From Promethearchaeia archaeon (GTDB lineage: Archaea; Asgardarchaeota; Lokiarchaeia; Sigyniarchaeales; SOKP01): a stretch of 64,000 nt of DNA. Made by a program: the position numbers and the translations under genes. This document shows, piece after piece, positions 21,118-30,500 of the stretch. The first letter of the stretch is position 1; every line of letters begins with the position of its first letter. The stretch covers positions 14,653 through 78,652 of the forward strand of contig JAWOCD010000085.1 in NCBI GenBank assembly GCA_046483985.1, given 5' to 3'. Below the pieces are notes generated by a model. The model had not been told where the DNA came from. It did no database searches and saw nothing but the letters and a program-made list of their open reading frames with translations.

Positions 21118-22986
21118 TTAATGTAAAAAATTATCTAAATCTAATTCTTTAAGTTTTGAATTATTTGGTTTTCCCGTTTCGGGGTTCCAATCTCTTATAT
21201 CGTAATAATAACGTTTTAATTTCCGAAAATTAGGTGATTTTCCTCTCACCACCCCTTCATGTAACTCTTTTAAAAGAATTTCAGGGAGTCGATCATTTGA
21301 CGGCGTTAACCCCATTTTAATATTAAACAAGCGTTTCATGGTAAATATCCGTTCACCTAGTACTTTTATGCCTTCCACATCGATATCAAAACCTAATAAC
21401 GAGTTAATCATTTCAGCCATATAGGAGGGGGGCGGGTTCGAGAAAATACATGCAATTAAGCTGGAATACAATGCTCTATAATCTTGAAGCAAGGTGGTTG
21501 CTTTTGCCATTTCCTTACTGCTGGAATGCATATCTATTTTTTTAATCTTAAGCTCGGAAAAATCAATTTCGTTGGTTTTTCTAGACGCTTTATATACATC
21601 TGCTGTGGTGTGACATGCTCCGCGATGGCTAAATGCATACGTTAAAGCCATTCCAAAGCAAGATCGCGGATCGTGATAAGGCACTTCCAGTTGATTGACC
21701 GTTGCGATTTCTTCTGGACTGATACCGAATTTTTTCCCAACCGCGTTAGATCCTTCAGCTAGTAAATCTCCAATCCCCTCTCGATGGGCGATTTTCTCGA
21801 TCAAAGTTAGCATCGCCTTGTAGTTCCCCCACTCTAACTCTAACCCTTCAACCTCATTTTTATCAATTTTACCTTCATTATAGAGCTTAAACATTAATGC
21901 GATTGTACCACTGGTACTGATTGTATCTAGACCGTACTTATTGCATATATCATTGGCAACAGCGATTGAATCCAAATTATTGTTGAGAATCATTGAACCA
22001 AACCCAGCGATAGTTTCATACTCTGGTCCCTCTACTTCTTTAGCCCTATATTTATCACTCTCGATATTGACGATTCTTCCGCATCCGATGGGACATCCGT
22101 AACAAGCTTTGGCCTTCAAGAATAAATCCTCTTTATATTCTTCTGCTGAAATATCCATGACGTCTTCCCACTTTCCCTTAGACCAATATTTAATCGGCAA
22201 ATCTCCCACCGCATATGCGCCTAAAACTCCAGAGCTTGTCCCATATGAGCGCATAATCTGAGTAGTATCAGTATCCAATATGAATTTCAGTGTTTTTTTA
22301 ACACTCTCATCGAACTTTTCAGGATGGGCAATTTTCGGTTTTGAATCCTTTCCTCGTACTACGATTCCTTTGAGGTTTTTTGATCCTAAAACTGCCCCCA
22401 TTCCCGTCCTTCCAGCAGATCTTCCCTCTGCGTTGATATTTGCATATTTAACTAAATTTTCGCCCGCTTGACCAATGCATAACACTTTAGCGTGATCATC
22501 ATTTACCCTTTCCTTCAAAATCTTGCGGGTCTCTTTAATATTTTTTCCCCAAAGGCTTTTATCTGTTACAATTTTGATATTTGTATCTTCAATCTTTATA
22601 TATACTGGGTCCTCTGCTTTTCCCTTTATCAGTATTCCATCAAAGCCAGCTTTCCTTAATTCTGGACCGAAAGTCCCCCCACAATTAGCTTCCCCCCACA
22701 ATTGAGTATATGGCGATTTGGCACAAATGACAAACCTCCCGAAGCATGGGGCTTTTGTGGCAGAAAATGGTCCGTTCATAATCATCATGATATTATCTCG
22801 CCCTAAGGCATCAGTATCCTTCCCTATATATTCATATAAATATCTACACACAAATCCAGCACCGCCCATAAACTTCTTTGCATATTTCTTATTTAAGGCT
22901 GTTACGGAAGCCTTAAGATCGGTAAGATCGACCTCGATCAGCTTCCCAGAAAAGCCATAGTATTTGTTTTTCACGCTTTCTTTCAT
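21118..22986 (-). CDS. aor: Tungsten-dependent aldehyde:ferredoxin oxidoreductase family protein
   Basis: KSPYT, GRTGMGAVLGSKNLKGI, CYGCPIGC, EGPEYET, GLDTIS, RGACH. Confidence 0.93.
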   Translation of the reverse strand: MKESVKNKYYGFSGKLIEVDLTDLKASVTALNKKYAKKFMGGAGFVCRYLYEYIGKDTDALGRDNIMMIMNGPFSATKAPCFGRFVICAKSPYTQLWGEANCGGTFGPELRKAGFDGILIKGKAEDPVYIKIEDTNIKIVTDKSLWGKNIKETRKILKERVNDDHAKVLCIGQAGENLVKYANINAEGRSAGRTGMGAVLGSKNLKGIVVRGKDSKPKIAHPEKFDESVKKTLKFILDTDTTQIMRSYGTSSGVLGAYAVGDLPIKYWSKGKWEDVMDISAEEYKEDLFLKAKACYGCPIGCGRIVNIESDKYRAKEVEGPEYETIAGFGSMILNNNLDSIAVANDICNKYGLDTISTSGTIALMFKLYNEGKIDKNEVEGLELEWGNYKAMLTLIEKIAHREGIGDLLAEGSNAVGKKFGISPEEIATVNQLEVPYHDPRSCFGMALTYAFSHRGACHTTADVYKASRKTNEIDFSELKIKKIDMHSSSKEMAKATTLLQDYRALYSSLIACIFSNPPPSYMAEMINSLLGFDIDVEGIKVLGERIFTMKRLFNIKMGLTPSNDRLPEILLKELHEGVVRGKSPNFRKLKRYYYDIRDWNPETGKPNNSKLKELDLDNFLH

Positions 22987-23114
22987 CTTTACCCAAAAAT
23001 TATTATCCTAAATTTATCTACAAATCAAATATAGTATGTAGGTAAAAATTATAATAACAATAAATTTTATCATTATTCAACCATAAAAAAGTAAAAATAT
23101 GATTTTAAAAAATA

Positions 23115-24107
23115 GTGAAAAGGATGAGAGCGGCAGTTTTTGAGGATGTTCGAAAAATTTCCTATGAAGAAGATTATCCCAAGCCAGAAATCACTCCCGA
23201 CCAAGTGTTGGTCAAGGTCGCTTATTGTGCTATCTGTGGCACTGATGTGACTAATTATAAAAAGAAATTATATCAAACTCCAGTGGTGATGGGTCATGAA
23301 TTTTCAGGTACCATTGATAAGATAGGAAAAAATGTGCAAGGATTTCAAGTAGGGGATAAAGTCGTGGGTATTAATGTTTTATTGGAGATTGGGCGTTCAG
23401 ATTCTGGAGGGATGGGCATTTTCAAAGATGGAGGGTTTGCAGAATATGTGGCGGTTCATAAAAACGATTTGTTTCATGTTCCCTCGCCCAATTCGCTAAA
23501 AGAGTGTTCCATGATAGAATCATTTGCTGTCTCCGTCCGGGCATTCAAACGATGTAATATGTCTAAACATCAGAAGATTGTAATTATAGGCGGTGGAAAT
23601 ATAGGGCTAGGGGCACTTAATATTCTAAAGAACCAATATGATCCGGAATATGCAGTGGTGGTTGAAATCTATGAACCTTTAAGAAAAAAAGCGAAAGAAT
23701 TGGGTGCAGATGATACTCTTCCTCCCAGCAAGGCGAAATTAAGGAGATATTTCAGAAAAAACGGAGAACCCGATTATATCCTTGATTGTGCGGGAAACGA
23801 CAAGACATTCGATCTGGCTATTAATACGATAAAAAGGGGGGGAACGATTGTGTTAGAAGGAATCTATAAAGGCAATGTCGAATTCCCTCTATTTTTAATG
23901 AATAATAAGGAAATCACGCTTATTGGCACTTTATCTCATGACCGAGAAGACGTACAAGATACAATTGATCTCTTTACTAGTGGAAATGTTCAACCTGCCA
24001 AATTAATCTCTGATGTTATTCCTTTATCCGAAATACAAGAAGAAGGGTTCGAGCGCTATATGACTGATCAAGAAAGAGATTTTATCAAAATATTAGTGGA
24101 AATCTAA
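23115..24107 (+). CDS. Zinc-dependent medium-chain alcohol dehydrogenase
   Basis: ICGTD, GHEFSG, Rossmann GGGNIG; lacks the structural-Zn four-Cys lobe. Confidence 0.9.
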   Translation: MKRMRAAVFEDVRKISYEEDYPKPEITPDQVLVKVAYCAICGTDVTNYKKKLYQTPVVMGHEFSGTIDKIGKNVQGFQVGDKVVGINVLLEIGRSDSGGMGIFKDGGFAEYVAVHKNDLFHVPSPNSLKECSMIESFAVSVRAFKRCNMSKHQKIVIIGGGNIGLGALNILKNQYDPEYAVVVEIYEPLRKKAKELGADDTLPPSKAKLRRYFRKNGEPDYILDCAGNDKTFDLAINTIKRGGTIVLEGIYKGNVEFPLFLMNNKEITLIGTLSHDREDVQDTIDLFTSGNVQPAKLISDVIPLSEIQEEGFERYMTDQERDFIKILVEI

Positions 24108-24694
24108 ATTTTTTCAGATCTTTCAATTACCTTTTTGCTCATCAATCTAAATGCAGTTTCTACATTATTTCCTGTCTTTGCGGAAGTAATTATTGTTTCC
24201 AAAGCGTTGATTTCCTCACCTAAAGAATCCAATTTCTCTTGGTTTACCTTTCTGGGGAGATCTGCCTTATTTCCAACTAAAATGAGGGGAATTTCATCAT
24301 TACAGTGTTCCATCAAATCGGGAAACCAGAATGTTTCTATCTCTTCAAACGTCTTTTCTCGAGTAAGGTCCCCGATAATTAATGCACCTTGAGCCCCACC
24401 ATAGTAAAGATGTCTAGTTTTCTTCCACCGTTCGTGCCCAGCAATATCCCATAATTGAATATCTACATGGTGATCTTTATCCTTTTCAACGGGGATGTCC
24501 ATATTTCCTAATTCTAATTTTTTCACATACATATTGACCCCGATGCTTGCTCTATAATCATTCAGAAAATGTCCCGAAACGAAACGTTCGGCTAAACTGG
24601 TTTTTCCAACGCCCGGTTCACCAGTTATAACAACCTTAAACACCCAATATCGTTCAGAAATTGTTCTATTTTCACTTTTCAAGATTTCATTCAC
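24104..24694 (-). CDS. Rab-like small GTPase (Ras superfamily)
   Basis: G1 GEPGVGKTS, G2 ASIGV, G3 WDIAGHE, YYGGA, G4 NKAD, G5 TSAK. Confidence 0.93.
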   Translation of the reverse strand: MNEILKSENRTISERYWVFKVVITGEPGVGKTSLAERFVSGHFLNDYRASIGVNMYVKKLELGNMDIPVEKDKDHHVDIQLWDIAGHERWKKTRHLYYGGAQGALIIGDLTREKTFEEIETFWFPDLMEHCNDEIPLILVGNKADLPRKVNQEKLDSLGEEINALETIITSAKTGNNVETAFRLMSKKVIERSEKI

Positions 24695-24852
24695 CTAAGG
24701 AGAAAAATACTTCAGATATGATTTACATAAAGAATAGATTCTCATATTTTATCAAGATTTGTTTAAAAAAATAAAGATTAGATTGAAATATTTTTATTAT
24801 TTCTGGATATTATATATTATTAATAAATTAAGTATTAGTGTGATTTTGAAAA

Positions 24853-25944
24853 ATGACAACCGGAATAATTTACGATGATATCTACCTTGAGCACCGCATC
24901 GGAACCCATGTGGAGAGCCACAAACGGCTTATCGGAATTATGGATTTATTACGAAATAGAGGCTTATTAGATAATCCGGATTATCAAGTTATCAAACCGT
25001 ATAAGGCAACCCTGGATCAAATCAAATATGTACACAATGTAGAATTAATCAAAGAAGTAAAAGAAATTAGCAAATTAGCCGAGAAAACTGGGCATATCCA
25101 ACAGCTTGATATGGACACCTCCGTTTCTGCAAAAACTTATGAAGCGTCCCTTTATTCTGTGGGAGGAAACTTGAAAGCTATCGATGAAATCCTCAATGGA
25201 AACATCAAAAACGGATTTGCTTTAGTAAGACCCCCCGGTCATCACACGAATGCGTATAAATGTTCTGGATTCTGTTTTTTTAATAACATAGCAATTGCAA
25301 CGGAGTACTTATTAAGAGATAAAGATATTGATCGGGTCGCAATTATTGATTGGGATTGTCACCACGGCAACGGCACTCAAGATATTTTTTATAAAGGCTC
25401 ACCTTCGGGTGAAGGCGAGGTTGTCTTTTTTAGTTCTCATCAAGATGGGAGGACCCTGTATCCAGGAAGCGGGTTTGAAAATGAGATTGGAGAGGGAAAC
25501 GGAAAGGGCCATATCATTAATTTTCCCATGCCACCTAACTCTGCCGACGATGCGATTATGGAATTCTTTCATGAAATAGTATCACCTCTCTTAAACGAAT
25601 ATGCTCCCCAATTTATCTTGATCTCTGCAGGATTTGATACCCACTACACAGATCGCCTCACAGGGATGGGTTGGACTTACCAAGCTCCGGCCAATTATCT
25701 CAAATTAATTAAAGCCATTGCACATGAATATGCAAACGATAGAATATTAATTACCTTAGAAGGGGGATATGATATAGATAAACAAGCACGGGCGGTATAT
25801 AATTGCCTCAAGGTACTTAATGATGAGGAGGACTTAATCACGGAAAAGCCCAGAACGTCCGACTCCGAACTGTTGACATACTTAGATGGGAAATTGTTTC
25901 CGAAATTAAAGGAAAATCTGGCGCCATTTTGGGAATGCTTTTAA
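24853..25944 (+). CDS. Histone deacetylase family (class II-like) Zn amidohydrolase
   Basis: RPPGHH, GFCFFNN, DWDCHHGNGTQ, SAGFD, LEGGY. Confidence 0.93.
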   Translation: MTTGIIYDDIYLEHRIGTHVESHKRLIGIMDLLRNRGLLDNPDYQVIKPYKATLDQIKYVHNVELIKEVKEISKLAEKTGHIQQLDMDTSVSAKTYEASLYSVGGNLKAIDEILNGNIKNGFALVRPPGHHTNAYKCSGFCFFNNIAIATEYLLRDKDIDRVAIIDWDCHHGNGTQDIFYKGSPSGEGEVVFFSSHQDGRTLYPGSGFENEIGEGNGKGHIINFPMPPNSADDAIMEFFHEIVSPLLNEYAPQFILISAGFDTHYTDRLTGMGWTYQAPANYLKLIKAIAHEYANDRILITLEGGYDIDKQARAVYNCLKVLNDEEDLITEKPRTSDSELLTYLDGKLFPKLKENLAPFWECF

Positions 25945-25952
25945 CAATTTGA

Positions 25953-25993
25953 ATTTTTCTAAATTTTTTTCTTTTCCTTTTCTTTTTCCTTCA
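25953..25993 (+). terminator. Putative archaeal oligo-T terminator after the HDAC gene
   Basis: Long T/C tract (attttttcttttcctttctttttcctt-like) directly after the stop codon. Confidence 0.45.
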
Positions 25994-26156
25994 ATTTATG
26001 AGAAAAGAGTGATCTCCTCTATCGGTTGTTCTAAATTTCTTTCACGAAATAAAAAATAATGAAAAATATTAAAAATCAAAACTATTTTAATCTTAATATT
26101 CAATATATTACTAGGAACTAATTTATTCTTAATAAAAAACACCAAGGTATCTAAAT

Positions 26157-27254
26157 ATGTCGGACGAGAATGAAAAAAAAGAAGATAAAGATGATGATCT
26201 TGATTTAGATTTTGACTTACCGGATTTGGGCTTAGAAGATGAGGAGGAACCATCAATGCCTCCACCGACCGAAGCTCCCCCCTCACCGGCACCGACAGAA
26301 CCATCAGCACCGACAGAACCATCAGCACCGACAGAACCATCAACTATGAAAGCACCAGAACCCACCTCTTCATCCCCTTCCCCTGAATCCACACCCTCGC
26401 CCACACCAACTACCGAATCTATGTCCGCACCACCTTCGCCTACACCCTCAACCGAACCAGAATCAACTGCTCCCTCTCAAAATGAATTGGATAATATGCA
26501 ACAACAAGTAAGCGCGAAGGACCAAAAGATAAATGAACTTCAAAACAAAATAAATGAATTGAACAACCAACTGAGTCAAGCAAGCGGAGAAACATCCAAC
26601 CTTCAATCCCAATTGACCCAAAAGGAGAACCAGATCAACCAACTGAATAATGAATTGCAAAATACAAAAAATTCGATGCAACAGTTACAATCGCAAGTTA
26701 ATCAATTACAATCCGAAAAAGAACAACTCCAAGATCAAATTCCGAACTTGCAACAGCAAATACAACAGCTACAGCAAGAGAAAGCTAATTTGCAAGGTCA
26801 GATCCAACCTCTCCAACAAAAAATACAGCAATTGGAGCAAGATGTTGCGTATAAGGATAAACGTATCAAAGAATTGAAGGAACCAAAGGCAGTTATGGGC
26901 TCGTCTCTCTCTCAAGAACAACCAAGCTCTCCAGGAGCTTCTCAAAGCAGTAGTTCATTTGGAAGCTCCTCTTCCAGCGTAATGGGGGGCGGCGGACAAA
27001 CAGGAACATCTGGCACTACTGGAGGCGGTACGGGAGGCGGTACGGGAGGCGGTACGGGAGGCACTACTGGAGGCGGTACGGAACAGACTCCCTCGGTGGA
27101 CGTAGGAGGCACTCGAACAAAGTGTCCAAATTGTGGAGCAACCGGTCAAGCCATTAAGGAAGTTGAAGATAAAAGTAAAGTCATCAGCTATATCCCCAAA
27201 CCAATTTATGCCAAGAAGTATGTGTGCACTAAGTGTGGATATGAATTCTCATAA
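26157..27254 (+). CDS. Low-complexity / Gln-rich coiled-coil protein with C-terminal zinc ribbon
   Basis: Acidic N-terminus, Pro/Ser/Thr tract, ~135-aa heptad Q/N-rich coil, Gly/Thr linker, CPNCG...CTKCGYEF. Confidence 0.85.
   Translation: MSDENEKKEDKDDDLDLDFDLPDLGLEDEEEPSMPPPTEAPPSPAPTEPSAPTEPSAPTEPSTMKAPEPTSSSPSPESTPSPTPTTESMSAPPSPTPSTEPESTAPSQNELDNMQQQVSAKDQKINELQNKINELNNQLSQASGETSNLQSQLTQKENQINQLNNELQNTKNSMQQLQSQVNQLQSEKEQLQDQIPNLQQQIQQLQQEKANLQGQIQPLQQKIQQLEQDVAYKDKRIKELKEPKAVMGSSLSQEQPSSPGASQSSSSFGSSSSSVMGGGGQTGTSGTTGGGTGGGTGGGTGGTTGGGTEQTPSVDVGGTRTKCPNCGATGQAIKEVEDKSKVISYIPKPIYAKKYVCTKCGYEFS
26289..26342 (+). repeat. 18-bp tandem repeat x3 (APTEPS)
   Basis: gcaccgacagaaccatca three times. 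Confidence 0.95.
27021..27080 (+). repeat. 12-bp tandem repeat x5 (GGGT/GGTT)
   Basis: ggaggcggtacg x3, ggaggcactact, ggaggcggtacg. Confidence 0.92.
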
Positions 27255-27308
27255 AAACCTAGTTGCTCTATTAATTGAGGAAAAATAATATACTCTAATT
27301 TCCCACTA

Positions 27309-27351
27309 AAGTGCGAGAAAGTCCTGTCCTTTAGGCGGGGATGAAGTGCGA
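27309..27351. mobile_element. Solitary IS200/IS605-like end hairpin (remnant)
   Basis: GC-rich gagaaagtcctgtcctttaggcggggatgaa in an AT-rich spacer resembles IS200/IS605 subterminal hairpins; no tnpA or tnpB nearby. Confidence 0.5.
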
Positions 27352-27520
27352 TAGGAAAATTTAATTAAATTTCTCTTTTTTTCTTATTTCACTATATTTG
27401 ATGCTTTTAAGTAAACATAAAAATATTCCTAAAATTATATATATTATAATTTTATTTAATATTCTAAATTGGTTTACCTTAAATATTCCATTATCTTTAT
27501 TTTGGTTTCGTTAGAGTAAA

Positions 27521-30500
27521 ATGTCGTTAGAGAGAGAACTCTTAGAGCCGCAAATTAACAAAAAACGTGCTGCTGCCGTTTTTTTAATTGCTATCCTCTT
27601 AATCGCTTTTTTTTCACTCTCTACTGTATTATTCAACTTTTTATTGGGTTCACAACGTATAAATCCCAATGAAAAGCTTGATGATGCGGATTTTGAGGAT
27701 GTTACCTTAAATATGCCCGACATTCCCTTTGATCTGGAAGATCTTATTGATGCGTTGGATCCGGAAGATTTGGAAGATTTAGACCTAACTGAAGAGGATA
27801 TCGATGAACTCTTCCAAGAAATGTACGATGGCGATATCGATAATATGGACTTAAGCACGATGGGAGCAGCAATGGCAGCTCTCCTCGGGTCCGATGAGGA
27901 GGTATTTCGAATTTTTGATTACGACAATTTTGACAATTTGTCCGATAAGCTCTGGCGCTATGAATGTTTTGAAGAGTATAACGGAACCAGCTGGAAATCT
28001 TCGGCAAGTAAACAAATATTCGATTTTTATTCGTATGGGGATTTAGAGGGAAGCGAAGACATTTTGAGGTTAAAGAGGGCCATGAATCCCTCATCAGATC
28101 AGAACTCATTTGTGGCTCCCGCTCTTTTTCCGAATCCTAATATTATGGAAGGGAGCGTGAGCGGAGATACCTTGGATGAGAGTTCTGCAACACTTTACAA
28201 GGATGATTATAATTGCACCACCATGGATGCAACCTTTACCAGCGATCAAGAAACCAATATGTCGTATGAATTATTTGGAACGCCCCAACCCAGCCCCGAA
28301 GATTTAAATTCGAGCCAAGTTGACGAGTCCTTTACTCCATCCGCAATTAGAGACCTCTATTTACAACTCCCGCCCTCAATCTCCACTTACAGGGCCAATC
28401 ATGATGACTTTGACAGGCATTGCGACAACTTAGAGGTCATCATTAAGGAAGACGATGGGGCATATACAGTCGCAAATAAGATACGGAACTATTTGCAAGC
28501 GAATTTTACCGATCCCTACAGTGGAGGAGCAGAGATTTATACGGATGATGGCCCCGCAGAAGGAGAGGATGAAATAGAATGGTTCTGTGAAAAGGAGGGG
28601 GGGTTATGGTCTCATTTCGCTTCAGCTTTTACTGCATTTACCCGGGTATTCGGTGTTTCTAGCAGATATGTTAACGGATTTAATAGTCGGGCCCTCGATG
28701 AGGTCTCTGACCCTCAAGAAGGAGAAGATGCGGCGGTGGTCCGATATAAAAATTTGTATAATTGGGCAGAAATCTATGTTCCTACAGATACCTCTGGAAA
28801 TGGACGTTGGGTGGAGATGGATATTAATTTCGAGACCTTTGGAAGTGGAGGAATGACCGCGCCAGAAGGGGAATATAATATTACGCTTACTTCTAATGTT
28901 ACTGGACCGATAAATCGTGGAAATATTGCAGAACTGAATGCCTCACTGAGTTCAGATACGGGAGATGTAGAGGATAAGGAAATAAAGTTCTATGATCATA
29001 ATAATCCTGAGACACCATTAGGTTCTGCAATTACTAATGCCAATGGAAATGCCACTCTACTCGTTGATATTAATGATACACAAGTTGTGGGCCCTCATAA
29101 TATTTATGCTACTTATTACACCTCCTATTCAAATCCGATAACTTATTTAATTAACGATGATATTGTCGTTCATTTATCCAGGGTTAATCCGCAAGAAGTT
29201 AATAGATCGGATTCTAATCCCGATGAGACAACTATTAAAGGTAATGTCTATGATCCTGCAAATAATGAAGGGGTGCGGGATGCTGATATTGAATATGTAT
29301 TGTTAGAAAAAGGAACCAATAACAAATATAATAGTGCATTTACTCCAAATTGCTCACAAACAAATAGCACGGGAGATTTTGAAGATACTATTTCTGTTAA
29401 TGCCCCACCAGCAGCACCTTATGGAACATTTGATATAAGAGTTGATTTTAATGGAACGTGGAATGATGGTCTTTATGTATCTGAGCTCATGGAAAATTCC
29501 AGTAATCGCATCGAGTTTAATCATACGAGTACTCATAGTGTTAACTTTTACATAAACAACACTGATTCAACCAATTATGAAAATCCCACGGTAAATAGAA
29601 CCGATTCGTTACATTTAAAAGCGAAAGTCGTTGCTTCCGATGGTTCGACAATTCCAGATAAGGATGTGCAATTTATTAATGCCGATAACAATTCTACACT
29701 TTTCACAAATACTACAAATGCTGATGGACTTGCCACCTATACCTTTGATTTAAATTCCTCTGTTTTGGCGGGTCCAAACTTACTCTGTGCTCAAGTGGGA
29801 TATGTCACCAATTATTCCTATTTTGTTTTGGAAGAGAAACCAACCATTCATATAAATTCTGGACCAACTCCCAGAGAGATAAATAGAACAGGTTCAGGAA
29901 TTAAAGAATTTTCTATTCCTGGCAGCATTAATGATACTAATGGCAATCCAATTCCATATGCCGAAATTGGATTGAGGATATTTAGAAATTCAACAGATTT
30001 CTCCGAGTATTTAAGTCCCCCTGATCCTCCCAAGGTTAATTCTGACGGAAAATTTAATTTTACCTACGGAGTTTCTGAAAATATTCCATACGGAAATTAT
30101 ACATTACGGATGGACTTTAACGGCACAGTGGATCGGTCAGACGATTCAGATTATCCTCATTATTTTGAATTGTCCGAGATGGATAACTCAACCATTCTTA
30201 CAGATGAGTTAAAGGTTGAGGCACCTGATGAGTTCACAATGGATTTTTTCATTGATGGATACAGCAATGATGATTTTTATTCGCCTAATATTACCCGAAA
30301 TGATGAAGTAAACTTATCGGTTGAAATCCAATGGGGTATGGATCTTGCAAAGGACGGAGATATCGTTACCTTCAGGGACCATACTCAAGATCTCGTTATC
30401 GCCGAGAAAGAACTTAGTAACGGTCAAGCGAGTGTTAGTTATGAAATGAATGATACTATTGTGGCAGGACCCCACCTTATTTCCGCAAGCTATGATAGAG

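Noticed and set aside
21425-21445. GC-rich GGTTCGA resembling a tRNA T-loop
   Set aside because: Lies inside the aor coding sequence, and no cloverleaf can be built around it.
25996-26404. Minus-strand ORFs with repeats (MVLSVL x3; VGADGS x3)
   Set aside because: Antisense shadows of the 18-bp repeat in the real plus-strand gene 26157-27254.
26289-27080. Short tandem repeats as a possible CRISPR array
   Set aside because: No spacers, unit lengths are multiples of 3 inside a CDS, and there are no cas genes in the window.
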